From an uncultured Eubacteriales bacterium (GTDB lineage: Bacteria > Bacillota_I > Bacilli_A > RFN20 > JAISJY01), in assembly GCA_964646425.1 (NCBI GenBank), contig CAZYEI010000002.1:348-64347 (forward strand): DNA of 64,000 bases, read 5' to 3'. Shown piece after piece: positions 30,105 to 40,717 of the stretch. The notes beneath the pieces are model-generated. The model was not told the DNA's origin. It did not search any database and saw only the letters and a list, made by a program, of their open reading frames with translations. Both the position numbers and the translations under genes were made by a program. Position 1 is the first letter of the stretch, and every line of letters begins with the position of its first letter.

Positions 30105-32696
30105 ATGAAATTAAAAAATTTATTGACAATGACCTTTGCTGTAGCATTATTAGCGGGTTGTACAGTTGAAGGTAATTCATCAAAAAATTCAAATAAAAAT
30201 AGTTCGTCTACTCCAAGCATAACAAGTACTTCAACAAATAGTTCTGATAAGATAAGTACTTCATCGGTAGGCGATAAAACATCATCAAGTTCATCATCAA
30301 ATTCGAATACAAGTATCAGCAGTTCATCGACAACACCAGTAGCTGAAGAATATTTGGTTCGTATAAAGGCAAGTAATGGTGTTACAATAACTCCTAGTGC
30401 TGAAAAAGCTGTAAAAGATACGAAAATTACATTAACTGTAGTCGTTGATGCAGGATATTCGCTAAATGAATTAACTGTAAATAATCTTCCAATTACAGGT
30501 ACTATTACTGGTGATAATTCTTATATTTTTACATTTACAATGCCTGATGCTGATGTTACTGTTAAAACAACTGTTTCTGTCGAAGGTGATGTGACTTTAA
30601 CAGGAGATATTGCTGTTCCAATGATTCTTCAAGCTGATGGAAAAACATATGCTGCATTTAATGTTGAATTAACTTCAAATTCATATGTTGCTTTTACTGT
30701 TGGTGGAACAAAATTAAGTATTACTCAAATTGATAGAACAAAATCGCTAGCAAATATTGATTTAGCATCTGGACAAGGTGGAGGTTTCACTTTAGCTGGT
30801 GGTGCTAAATATGATTTCTTCTATAACCCTGATTTAGGCGAAGAATGTTGCTATATTCAAAGAAGAGAAGTAACACGTTTGCCTTCTGATTCTAATAGTT
30901 TGTATTCATTGTTTGATGGAAGAGTAAAATCAGATCCATCTACTTATCCAGAAAATTTAGTTGGAGTTAGATATTCAAGTACTGAGTCAAATACTCAATA
31001 TGAATGGAATTTATATGATGATAATTCATCTTATGCAGTTGTTAAACGTTTAGGTACTAATACTGTTACTGCTAATGTTTATAAATCATTGAATAATGAT
31101 GTTTATGAAGTTGTTGATACATACTTAGAGGGACAATATGATTCAACAAGGCATGATGATACGACGGCATATTCGGCAAAATACAAAATTGTTGATGCCG
31201 TTGCTAATGAATATGGCAATCATCAAATAACAGAACATGATGCTTTATTTGAAATTAATAATCCATCACATGATACTACATCTATTGATTTTGATATTAT
31301 GTATGGATATCGTACTGGGTTTAATATGGAATGGAATGATGAGTTAAAGGCTTATACTCAAAGTGTTAAATCTACGAAAAATAATGATGGAACATTTGTT
31401 GTAAATGTTGATTCATCGAAAACATATGAATATTCAGATACAACTATTTCTCCAAAACATATTACATATAAAATTGAAATTACTTTTAGCAAGGCTGGGG
31501 AATTATTAAATGGTTCTTATGTTGAAAAAGAATATAGCAGTGGGGAATATGATTTTTCTAAATATGAATTTTTATCTGGAGGAGAATATGGTGGTCAAGA
31601 AGTAAAAGCTCTTGAATTTGAATATATTTATGGTGATAAAAAAGAAAAAGAAGATGTTGTATTTGATACAACTCCGTATTTTGCAAAATCTATTACTGCA
31701 ACTGTTCACAATAGTAAGGTTTATCCAAATGAAACAAATACATTAAATCAAACTGATTTAGTTGATAACTATATTGATATTAAAGCCGATCCAGCTACTG
31801 CTATTGATTTGTGGCAATATCGTGTTATTAATTCATCAAATTTAAATGTAATTGCTAAAAGAGATTCTTTTGAGACTAGATATTATGCTAAAAACTTAGG
31901 TACATCTACTTTAACAATCGGAAATGATGCAACAAATGATGTAACAACAACGATTGATGTTACAGTATCAAATATTAAAAAAGTAAGAAGTTTCTATATG
32001 CAAGGTGAGAAAAATGGAAAGCCTACATATGATGATAATGTTTATGCGGTTTATGCTGATGTTTTAGCTAAAACTGTTAAAAATGTATATGTGGCACCTA
32101 GTCCTAGTGATGCTCCTGTAGCATTTACTGCAGTTTCTTCAAATGAGGATTTGTTAAAAGTTACTGTAAATGGTCAAGTTATGACTCTTGATACAACAGG
32201 TGCTTCAAATATTACTGAGATTACTACTGTAACTATTACAATTTATTCTGATTATTATGATTCTACATATTCGCCAACAACATTTAGAATTAACATTCAA
32301 CCAAATGGTGTTCCTTCAACTGGAGCAATTGGTACATGGGCTAACTTATCAGAAGGCGTTTCTGTAACATTTACTGATGAGCAATCAAAGTATGCTAGTA
32401 CAGGATATAAAACTGCTTATGTAACAACTACATCAGAATCAAATGTTGAATTTGCTTATTTATTTAATGAGTCAACTGGAACAATTACAGTTTCTGGTAC
32501 TTCAATTAATGGCAATGAATTTGTTGGGATGTTCTATTTCACAAGTAATGGAAAAATAAATGGATGCTTGGCATATTCAGAATTTAGTTATGATTCAGGA
32601 GTCTTAGTTTCTGATATTTTCGGTGAATATTATCTTGATGAAGAAGGATATTTTGATGACGTAAATTCTGTATTTGTAGAACTTACACGACAATAA
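30105..32696 (+). CDS. Large surface lipoprotein (863 aa) with Ig-like segments
   Basis: Lipobox 'LLAGC' followed by a poly-Ser/Thr linker. Big_2-like beta-rich segments are present ('NVIAKRDSFETRYYAKNLGTSTLTIGNDAT...VTVSN'). Confidence 0.6.
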   Translation: MKLKNLLTMTFAVALLAGCTVEGNSSKNSNKNSSSTPSITSTSTNSSDKISTSSVGDKTSSSSSSNSNTSISSSSTTPVAEEYLVRIKASNGVTITPSAEKAVKDTKITLTVVVDAGYSLNELTVNNLPITGTITGDNSYIFTFTMPDADVTVKTTVSVEGDVTLTGDIAVPMILQADGKTYAAFNVELTSNSYVAFTVGGTKLSITQIDRTKSLANIDLASGQGGGFTLAGGAKYDFFYNPDLGEECCYIQRREVTRLPSDSNSLYSLFDGRVKSDPSTYPENLVGVRYSSTESNTQYEWNLYDDNSSYAVVKRLGTNTVTANVYKSLNNDVYEVVDTYLEGQYDSTRHDDTTAYSAKYKIVDAVANEYGNHQITEHDALFEINNPSHDTTSIDFDIMYGYRTGFNMEWNDELKAYTQSVKSTKNNDGTFVVNVDSSKTYEYSDTTISPKHITYKIEITFSKAGELLNGSYVEKEYSSGEYDFSKYEFLSGGEYGGQEVKALEFEYIYGDKKEKEDVVFDTTPYFAKSITATVHNSKVYPNETNTLNQTDLVDNYIDIKADPATAIDLWQYRVINSSNLNVIAKRDSFETRYYAKNLGTSTLTIGNDATNDVTTTIDVTVSNIKKVRSFYMQGEKNGKPTYDDNVYAVYADVLAKTVKNVYVAPSPSDAPVAFTAVSSNEDLLKVTVNGQVMTLDTTGASNITEITTVTITIYSDYYDSTYSPTTFRINIQPNGVPSTGAIGTWANLSEGVSVTFTDEQSKYASTGYKTAYVTTTSESNVEFAYLFNESTGTITVSGTSINGNEFVGMFYFTSNGKINGCLAYSEFSYDSGVLVSDIFGEYYLDEEGYFDDVNSVFVELTRQ

Positions 32697-32702
32697 TAAC
32701 GA

Positions 32703-32738
32703 AAAAGATTATCAATTTATTTTGATAATCTTTTTTGT
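32703..32738 (+). terminator. Rho-independent terminator
   Basis: AAAAGATTATCAA-tttatt-TTGATAATCTTTT followed by TTG. Confidence 0.7.
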
Positions 32739-32890
32739 TTTAAAATATAATCAAAAAAAGTGATGTTAAAAATAGACTTTTATTTTTTATAAAAAATAAT
32801 AAATAATTAAAAAGTATTAAATTAATCTTGAGTTTTAATATGAATAAGAGTAAAATATAGAAGCGATATTTATTTTATTAAGGAGGTTAA

Positions 32891-34834
32891 ATGTTAATGA
32901 AAAAAAGTATAGTTATGTTAGCTATTGTTTTAGTAGCTTTATCATCATGCGATAAAAATAATTCTAGTTCAAGTTCAACGACAAATAGTTCTGGAAATTC
33001 ATCTACTAATTCGATAGTTTCAAGTGATATATCTACAAATACAAGTTCGAACAGCAGTACTAGTTCTTCTATTACTACGCCTGTAACATATATTTCTCAA
33101 GCTGCGTTAGATTCATTATCTGGTTCAATGAAGATAGTAGGAAGCTATAAGATAGATGCTGTAAAGTATGGTTCTGATTATGATTATGTTGGATCAACGG
33201 TTCAAATTTATGAAGATGATTTATATTATTGCTTAGAAACTTCAAGTGGCACGAAGGTTCAAGAACTAAATTTATTTGATGATGACGGTTTGGCATCTGC
33301 AAGATATTTAACTGAAAAGAATCAAATTGCTGAGGAATTACTTGAAGATAGTGACGGCAATTATCTTTTCTGGGAAGATTTTGAAAATAAATTAACAAAT
33401 TTAGTAGTAACTGATTTTGTTTATCAAGAAGATGGGACATATTTATGCGTAAATGATGAAGTTAGTAAAACTATTGGTCATCATTTATATGGATATAACG
33501 AAGATATGGCTAAAGTAACCATGGTTGTTGTTGATGAAAAAGTTGTAAAAATAGACTTTGCAACAAAAAGATATATGTATGATGGAGTTATGTATCAAGA
33601 CTCTGGCACATTTATCATTAGTGAACATGGTAGTGCTAAAGTTCCTACTATTTCGGTAAGAGAAACAACTGAAGAACATGAAATTCTTGCTACTGCTTTA
33701 GAAAAACTTGGCTTGAATTACACAACTGAAGTATATGCTGAAATTACTCCTTATGGTTATAATACAAGTACAGGTGGCTATACATATTATTTTGTTGATG
33801 ATTATGTATATGTGGATAATGGTGAAGAAGAATCTGAATCATTTGGCTATTATTTTGACGCTGGCACATTATACCAATTCGGAGTTTCTGATGGCGAATC
33901 ATATTTTGTTGATTCTACTGAAGGAGTTAATGGAGATTTAAGTGCGATTGCTTTTGATTTAACAACATTTGCTACTGAAATGTTTACATATCAAGGTGAT
34001 GGTGTTTATACAGTTGAAGATGATTTTGCCCCAGTTATTGGTTCTTTAATTTCAATTGATAATTATGGTGGATATTCAACTAAAGTAACAATAAAGTTAA
34101 ATGAGCAAAGTGAGCTAGATTATATTCAATATGATTTCTATGTTGATGGCTCAAATGGTGGCTCAGGTTTTTACAAATATACATTTAAAGATGTTGATAA
34201 AACAATTTCTCCAATTACGCTTGATGGTCTACTAAAAACAGTAGCAATTATCGAGAAAATTCCTGAAAGCATTAAAGGAAAATGGACAGTTAATATTGGC
34301 GATACTGCTAAAACAATTAGAATTAGTGGAAAGAAAGTTTATATTGATACTAATCAAGCTCGTTTGGTAAATTGTGATGGTGAAACTCTTGTTGTTTCTC
34401 TTGATGATGAATTATATTCGTTTAAAGTTGTAGATAATGGTAATTCAATAACTGCTGAACTTACATATAATTCTGCATCATATGTTCTTTCAAAAATAGA
34501 TGATAGTAAATGGCAATATCAAACAATAAAAGATTTTGTTGGCAGTGATATTATTCCAGCATTTACTAGTGGTACAAATTATGGATTTGGAACTTCTGAG
34601 GCTGGAGATGGCTCTGAAATTTTAGCAATTGAAGTTAGTGGCGATAATGCTTCGACTGCATGGGAAGATGAATATATTGTAGATTTAACGGTTGCTGGAT
34701 TTGTACAAGATACAAGTTATGATTATGATGATGGATATGGTTATATTTTTGTTGCTCCTGATTCATCTTGTTTTGTTCAATTTTTCTACAATGCAACATA
34801 CAATGTGTTTGCAATTTATGTCTATAATATTTAA
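32891..34834 (+). CDS. Surface lipoprotein (647 aa)
   Basis: Lipobox 'ALSSC' followed by a poly-S/T/N linker. The RBS is AAGGAGG. Confidence 0.6.
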   Translation: MLMKKSIVMLAIVLVALSSCDKNNSSSSSTTNSSGNSSTNSIVSSDISTNTSSNSSTSSSITTPVTYISQAALDSLSGSMKIVGSYKIDAVKYGSDYDYVGSTVQIYEDDLYYCLETSSGTKVQELNLFDDDGLASARYLTEKNQIAEELLEDSDGNYLFWEDFENKLTNLVVTDFVYQEDGTYLCVNDEVSKTIGHHLYGYNEDMAKVTMVVVDEKVVKIDFATKRYMYDGVMYQDSGTFIISEHGSAKVPTISVRETTEEHEILATALEKLGLNYTTEVYAEITPYGYNTSTGGYTYYFVDDYVYVDNGEEESESFGYYFDAGTLYQFGVSDGESYFVDSTEGVNGDLSAIAFDLTTFATEMFTYQGDGVYTVEDDFAPVIGSLISIDNYGGYSTKVTIKLNEQSELDYIQYDFYVDGSNGGSGFYKYTFKDVDKTISPITLDGLLKTVAIIEKIPESIKGKWTVNIGDTAKTIRISGKKVYIDTNQARLVNCDGETLVVSLDDELYSFKVVDNGNSITAELTYNSASYVLSKIDDSKWQYQTIKDFVGSDIIPAFTSGTNYGFGTSEAGDGSEILAIEVSGDNASTAWEDEYIVDLTVAGFVQDTSYDYDDGYGYIFVAPDSSCFVQFFYNATYNVFAIYVYNI

Positions 34835-34860
34835 TTTGAAAATTAGATAAAAATTTTAAT

Positions 34861-34892
34861 AAAGCTAGACAATTTATTTGTCTGGCTTTTGG
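34861..34892 (+). terminator. Rho-independent terminator
   Basis: AAAGCTAGACAA-tttatt-TGTCTGGCTTTT. Confidence 0.6.
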
Positions 34893-34928
34893 TGGGTTTA
34901 TAAGTATATATAAAAAGGAGTTGAGAGT

Positions 34929-36014
34929 GTGAAGAAAATATTGATATGTTTCTTATGCTTGCTAATTTTAACTGGGTGTTCTGGTGGAAATGCTGAACCA
35001 AATTATGCTGCTAATGGTTATACGGTAACAGTTAATTATTTTATGGGTGAAGGTGCATGGCGTGGTAGAAATGAAGCTGTGTTCCAATATAAACCTAATT
35101 CTCCAGTTGCTCAAATTGGAGTGGATTTTGCCAAAGGTGAAGAACCAGAGTTGGCTGGCCATAAACTAGAAGGTTGGTATTTAGATCAAGACTTTACACA
35201 AAAATTTGATTTTGAAAATACACTAACTATAGAAGGCGAGACGATTAACTTATATGCTAAATGGATGCCTAATATTTCTTATACATATAAAGTTATTACA
35301 TTTGAGGATAATCAAGAAATAGTAGTTGATGAAATTGCTACTATATCAGGCCATATATTTGAAAAAAATTTAGTTAGATATAATGGATATGTTATTATTG
35401 GTTATTACCAAGATAAAGATTGTTTAATACCATGGGATGATTCTCATGTTATGAGAGAGGCAAATGAGGGTGAAACCGAAGTAATAGAAAAGGTTTATTC
35501 TAAATGGATATCGAATGATTTTAATGTTGTTGCAACACCAGAAGAATTTAATCGTGCTCTTGCTAGAAATAAAAGTATCTATTTAACTTCAAATTTAGAT
35601 TTTTCAAATACAAAATTTAATTATTGTTCTTTATATGATGGCCAAATTTTGGGAAATGGATTTACTATTTCAAATATCAATCTTAATAGTTTAGATGAGC
35701 TTGCTTCTGATAAGAGGCCTCAATTTGGATTGTTTGGTACTCTATATGGTGCAACAATTAAAGATTTAACAATAGAGAATGTAAACTTGCTTGTGGAAAC
35801 TAGAGTTCAAGCTGAAATATATATTGGTACTTTGGCTGGTACAATTCAAGATTCAAAAATTGAAAATGTCACAATATCAGGTAATCTAACAATTAGTAGT
35901 GTTCAAGTTAAAATTAATAAATTAGAGTACAATATTACTGATTTAGGAAATACAATTACAAATTCTGAAATTAATAATTGTAATGTTAGTTTTACAGTTG
36001 AAGATTTAAGATAA
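34929..36014 (+). CDS. Lipoprotein with two Listeria-Bacteroides (Flg_new/InlB B-type) repeats; GTG start
   Basis: Lipobox 'LILTGC'. Two repeats each end in '...GWYLDQDF...TINLYAKW' and '...VYSKW'. The RBS AAAGGAG is followed by GTG. Confidence 0.55.
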   Translation: MKKILICFLCLLILTGCSGGNAEPNYAANGYTVTVNYFMGEGAWRGRNEAVFQYKPNSPVAQIGVDFAKGEEPELAGHKLEGWYLDQDFTQKFDFENTLTIEGETINLYAKWMPNISYTYKVITFEDNQEIVVDEIATISGHIFEKNLVRYNGYVIIGYYQDKDCLIPWDDSHVMREANEGETEVIEKVYSKWISNDFNVVATPEEFNRALARNKSIYLTSNLDFSNTKFNYCSLYDGQILGNGFTISNINLNSLDELASDKRPQFGLFGTLYGATIKDLTIENVNLLVETRVQAEIYIGTLAGTIQDSKIENVTISGNLTISSVQVKINKLEYNITDLGNTITNSEINNCNVSFTVEDLR

Positions 36015-36024
36015 TAAGGAGGAA

Positions 36025-38577
36025 ATGAAAATGAAAAAGAAAAAAGTTGCTATTAGTGGTACGCTTCTTGCCATTCTTGCTGGAGTAGTCGGATGTGGCG
36101 GAAATAATACAAGTAAGCCAATTAAAAACTCTAATTCAACAAATAATGGAGTAGTAAGTAGTGTAGTTAGTTCTAACGCAAATAAAAAATACGATAACGA
36201 AAAAACACCATTGGTTTTATCTACTCAAGAATTAGATGGAGTATTTAACCCATTCTATTCTTCTTCTGGTACTGATTCAACAATGGTTGGTATGACTCAA
36301 TTATCAATGTTGTCTACAAATAAAGATGGTAATTTAGCATATGGAGAAAATGAACCAACAGTAGTTTTAGATTATGATCAAAAAACAGAAGGAACTGGTG
36401 ATAATCAAACTACAACTTATACATTTGTTTTAAAAAATGACATTGTATACTCTAATGGTTCTCCATTAACTATGAAAGATGTTCTATTTAATATGTATGT
36501 TTATTTAGATCCTGCTTATACAGGCTCTGCAACAATGTATTCTACTGAAATTGTTGGATTAAAAGAATATCGTACGCAAACAGGAAATGAAAATGAACAA
36601 GATTCATTTGATGAAACATTCCAAAACAAAGCGCAAGAACGTATTGATAATTTATGTTATGTAATTGATGAAATAAATGAAGAAACAGGAAATCAAGTTA
36701 ATATTTCAGATGTAAATATACTTAAGGGAAAGCTAGAACAAAAAGAAAAAGAATACGCTGATTCTTTTGAAAATGCTGATAAATTTGTTGAAGACTTTGA
36801 AAAAGCTGGCGAAGAATTTTTTAAAGAATTAACAAGTGATTATAACAATAATGTTGGCACATATGAAGATTTGGGCTTATATAATGATGTTGAAACTTTC
36901 TTATATGTAGAAGGATATATAACTATTGATTATGATAAATCAGAAAATGATCCAGAGAGAATTGATTATGCGTTTGGTAAGGATTTTGGTAGAAATGCAA
37001 CACAAGAAGAAGCAATTCAAACAGTTTATAATGCAATTTATCCTGCTGATGTAACAACAGTTTTACAATATTATATGACTGCAACTACTTTAAAAACTGA
37101 ATTTGCGGCTGAAGCTAAGAGTGCTTATTTCGAAAATACGCAAATGGAATATAAAAATATTGAAGGTATTAAAGTTTGCACTAGTGATGTAACAATTAAT
37201 AATAAAACATATCCAAAGGCTACTTTAGATAGCAATGGAAATGTTACTTCTGGATATGAAGCATTAACAATTACAATTGAAGGAGTTGATCCAAAGGCAA
37301 TTTGGAACTTCTCATTCTCTGTTGCTCCAATGTATTATTATTCAAGTGAAGAATATATTAACAAATTTGATTATGTTGAAAATTTTGGTCTTAAATATGG
37401 AAGTACTGAATTTATGAATAATGTAATCAAAGATAATGATAAGATTGGTTTACCTGTAGGAGCAGGTCCTTATCAAGTATCAAATATGAATGGTGAAACA
37501 ATGGCAACTGCAAAAATTGAATCAAGAGATTTCTGGAAAGACAATGTTGTTTATTTCCATAGAAATGAACACTTCTGTATGGGAGCACCAAAAATTAGAT
37601 TAGTAAGATATCAAGTATTCCCACAAGAAACAATTTTAGATTCTCTTTTCCAAGGACAAGTTCATTATTGTGAACCAAATGCTACTGCATATGTAATTAA
37701 TCAATTAAATGGAAAAGAAAAAGATGGATTTAGTTATACATCAACAAAAACTTTAGGTTATGGTTATATTGGAATTAATCCAAAATTCGTTGAAAATATT
37801 TATGTTAGACGTGCAATTATGCATGCTATGAATACTAATTTAACTGCTGACTATTATCCTGGAACTGCAGAAGTTATTCATCGTCCAATGTCAAAAGTTT
37901 CATGGGCATATCCAGAAGGTGCTACTGCATATTATGAATACGATTCTACTGGTACAACATCAAAAAAATTATTTGAGAAAGCAGGATATCGTGTTCAAAA
38001 TGGAGTAATGGTTGATTCAAGTGGCAAAATATTTGAAATGAAATTTACAATTGCAGGAGAAAGTTCAGATCACCCAGCTTATAAAACAATGAGAAAAGCT
38101 GCTGATATTTTAAATAGCATAGGCTGTAAAATTACTGTTGTTAATGATACACAAGCTTTATCAAAATTAAATTCAGGAGATTTAGCTGTTTGGGCTGCTG
38201 CATGGTCATCAACAATTGATCCAGATATGTATCAAGTATATCATAAAGATTCAACTGCAACTTCAACATTAAACTGGGGATATAATGTTATTAAAAATAA
38301 TGAAAAGAAATTTCCTACTGAAAATGCATTAATTAATGATTTATCTGATTTAATTGAACAAGGTCGTTCAACATTAATTCAAGAAACTAGAAAAGAAATA
38401 TATGCAGATGCTCTTGATTTAGTTATGGAATTAGCTGTAGAACTTCCAACATATCAAAGAGATGATTTATTTGCTTATAATACTGAAGTTATTGATATTA
38501 AATCAATGACACCTAAAGCTGATATTTCTCCATATAATGGACCAATGTCAAAACTTTGGGAAGTAAGCTTTAATTAA
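36025..38577 (+). CDS. oppA: ABC transporter substrate-binding lipoprotein, family 5 (oligopeptide), extended 850-aa form
   Basis: Lipobox 'VVGCGG'. The SBP_bac_5-like core ('GAGPYQV', 'YGYIGINP') leads an operon of OppBCDF-type genes. Confidence 0.65.
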   Translation: MKMKKKKVAISGTLLAILAGVVGCGGNNTSKPIKNSNSTNNGVVSSVVSSNANKKYDNEKTPLVLSTQELDGVFNPFYSSSGTDSTMVGMTQLSMLSTNKDGNLAYGENEPTVVLDYDQKTEGTGDNQTTTYTFVLKNDIVYSNGSPLTMKDVLFNMYVYLDPAYTGSATMYSTEIVGLKEYRTQTGNENEQDSFDETFQNKAQERIDNLCYVIDEINEETGNQVNISDVNILKGKLEQKEKEYADSFENADKFVEDFEKAGEEFFKELTSDYNNNVGTYEDLGLYNDVETFLYVEGYITIDYDKSENDPERIDYAFGKDFGRNATQEEAIQTVYNAIYPADVTTVLQYYMTATTLKTEFAAEAKSAYFENTQMEYKNIEGIKVCTSDVTINNKTYPKATLDSNGNVTSGYEALTITIEGVDPKAIWNFSFSVAPMYYYSSEEYINKFDYVENFGLKYGSTEFMNNVIKDNDKIGLPVGAGPYQVSNMNGETMATAKIESRDFWKDNVVYFHRNEHFCMGAPKIRLVRYQVFPQETILDSLFQGQVHYCEPNATAYVINQLNGKEKDGFSYTSTKTLGYGYIGINPKFVENIYVRRAIMHAMNTNLTADYYPGTAEVIHRPMSKVSWAYPEGATAYYEYDSTGTTSKKLFEKAGYRVQNGVMVDSSGKIFEMKFTIAGESSDHPAYKTMRKAADILNSIGCKITVVNDTQALSKLNSGDLAVWAAAWSSTIDPDMYQVYHKDSTATSTLNWGYNVIKNNEKKFPTENALINDLSDLIEQGRSTLIQETRKEIYADALDLVMELAVELPTYQRDDLFAYNTEVIDIKSMTPKADISPYNGPMSKLWEVSFN

Positions 38578-38628
38578 GATTAAAGTTTATATTAATTTAA
38601 ACATAAATGATAGAAATGGGGCTGTTTT

Positions 38629-39615
38629 ATGTTAAAGTACACTTTAAAAAGATTATTTTTATCAATATTCATATTACTTGGTGTTTCCATCATCATTTAT
38701 GCTCTAGTAAGATGGATGCCAAATGACTATGTTGATACAAAGTTTGCATCACAAGTTGCACAAGGAACTGTAAAGCCGGAAGATTTAGTCGCTTTAAAAG
38801 AATTGTATGGATTGAATGATGGTATTATTGAAGGATATTTAAAATGGTTAGGAAATGCTGTACAAGGTGATCTTGGAAAGTCATTCATGTATGGTAAAGA
38901 TGTAGCTGTTGTTATTTCGGAAAATATGTGGATTTCATTTGTTATTGCAGCAATAGCAATGATATTTGAATTTGCAATTTCTATTCCGCTTGGAATTTCT
39001 TCTGCTACACATCAATATTCGATAAGAGATTACTCAGTTAGCGTTTTAGCTATGATGGGTATCTCTTTGCCATCGTTTTTCTTTGCTGCAATTTTGATTA
39101 GAATTTTTTCTGTTCAATTAGGTTGGTTTCCTGTTAGTGGATTAGTCAATTCTACAAAAGTATTTGAATCAGGAAGTTTAGCTTATTATCTAGATGTTTT
39201 GCATCATTTAATTTTACCAATGATTGTACTTGTTGTTCTTTCAATCGGAGGATTGATGAGACACACAAGAACAAATACGCTTGAAGTATTAAATGCTGAT
39301 TATATTAGAACTGCTAGAGCAAAAGGTCTATCAGAAAAAACTGTTATTTATAAACATGCTTTTAGAAATACAATGATTCCACTTGTAACAATGATGGCTG
39401 GAATTATTCCATCATTATTTGGAGGAGCAATGATTACCGAACAAGTATTTGCGATTCCAGGAATTGGTCAAATTGCTTATAAAGCATTAATAAATGGAGA
39501 TGTTCCGTTTATTATGGGATATAATATGTTTTTAGCTGTATTAACTATTATTGGAACTTTCTTATCTGATATTATGTATGTAATAGTTGATCCACGTGTT
39601 AAATTAGAAAAGTAG
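38629..39615 (+). CDS. oppB: Oligopeptide ABC transporter permease
   Basis: BPD_transp_1 signature 'YIRTARAKGLSEKTVIYKHAFRN', with six TM helices. Confidence 0.8.
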   Translation: MLKYTLKRLFLSIFILLGVSIIIYALVRWMPNDYVDTKFASQVAQGTVKPEDLVALKELYGLNDGIIEGYLKWLGNAVQGDLGKSFMYGKDVAVVISENMWISFVIAAIAMIFEFAISIPLGISSATHQYSIRDYSVSVLAMMGISLPSFFFAAILIRIFSVQLGWFPVSGLVNSTKVFESGSLAYYLDVLHHLILPMIVLVVLSIGGLMRHTRTNTLEVLNADYIRTARAKGLSEKTVIYKHAFRNTMIPLVTMMAGIIPSLFGGAMITEQVFAIPGIGQIAYKALINGDVPFIMGYNMFLAVLTIIGTFLSDIMYVIVDPRVKLEK

Positions 39616-39626
39616 AGGTGGCGAAA

Positions 39627-40712
39627 ATGGAAGAAAATAAATTAGAAAATTCACAAATTCAAACCTCTGTTGAGAATGAAGAATTATTAATTGAAGAGAA
39701 TCACCATTATAAAGACATGTCTCCTATGCGTTTAGTAATGCGTAGATTCTTTAGATCAAAATTGTCCGTGGTTGGTTTAGTTATATTAATTGCATTATTT
39801 GCATTTAGTTATTTAGGACCAATTATAATGAACGGATTAGAGGATTTAGGAGTTATTCCTCATGCTTGGGGTGAGATAGAAGTAGATAATACTCCAGGAA
39901 AATTACAATTTATTGAAACAAAATATGATTTTCAAATTAATGGTATCGATTTTAGTACTTATTATACTGCTGAGTTGATTCCAGAACAAAATATAAAAGC
40001 TTTACCATCACTAAGCCATTTTCTTGGTACTGATGAACAAGGAATGGATGTGTTCATGCGATTGATGTATGGTGGTAGAATTTCCTTAATGATTGGTTTT
40101 ATTGTTGTTATTCTTGAAACTGTATTAGGTATAATTTTAGGTGGTATTGCAGGCTATTTTGGTAAATGGGTAGACCAATTAATTATGAGAATTGTAGATA
40201 TTTTTAACTGTATTCCTACTTTACCGATTTTGCTAATTGCGGCTGCTGCTTTAGATGCTATGGAGATTGATTTATCAATGCGTATATATTATTTGATGGC
40301 ATTTATTACATTATTTGGATGGTCTGGTGTAGCTCGTATGGTTCGTGGACAAATATTATATTTAAGAGAACAAGAATATATGGTTGCTGCAGAAGTTATG
40401 GGACTTCCAACTGGAAGAAAAATCTTTAAGCATTTAATTCCCAATATTATGCCACAATTAATTGTATCAATGACTTTAGGTTTAGGAAGCGTAATTTTGT
40501 ACGAAGCTACGTTATCTTACTTAGGAATTGGAGTTCCAATGCCATATGCTGCTTGGGGAACTATGATTTCTTCTGCTAAATCTACTGAAATATTATTGAA
40601 TTATCCTAACTTATGGATTCCTGCAGGTGCTTGTATCGTTCTTGCAGTTTTAGGATTTAACTTTGTTGGAGACGGTCTTCGTGATGCGTTTGACCCTAAA
40701 ATGAAGAGGTAA
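39627..40712 (+). CDS. oppC: Oligopeptide ABC transporter permease
   Basis: Has the OppC-type N-terminus and an EAA-like loop ('EYMVAAEVMGLPTGRKIFKHLIPN'). The ATG at 39627 follows GAGGTGG; the tracked GTG lies 9 nt upstream. Confidence 0.75.
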   Translation: MEENKLENSQIQTSVENEELLIEENHHYKDMSPMRLVMRRFFRSKLSVVGLVILIALFAFSYLGPIIMNGLEDLGVIPHAWGEIEVDNTPGKLQFIETKYDFQINGIDFSTYYTAELIPEQNIKALPSLSHFLGTDEQGMDVFMRLMYGGRISLMIGFIVVILETVLGIILGGIAGYFGKWVDQLIMRIVDIFNCIPTLPILLIAAAALDAMEIDLSMRIYYLMAFITLFGWSGVARMVRGQILYLREQEYMVAAEVMGLPTGRKIFKHLIPNIMPQLIVSMTLGLGSVILYEATLSYLGIGVPMPYAAWGTMISSAKSTEILLNYPNLWIPAGACIVLAVLGFNFVGDGLRDAFDPKMKR

Positions 40713-40717
40713 TTGTT

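Noticed and set aside
33075-33941. Three small ORFs (121, 64 and 68 aa) within or opposite the 647-aa lipoprotein gene
   Set aside because: They are embedded in or antisense to a long ORF with a lipobox and RBS, and have no independent signals.
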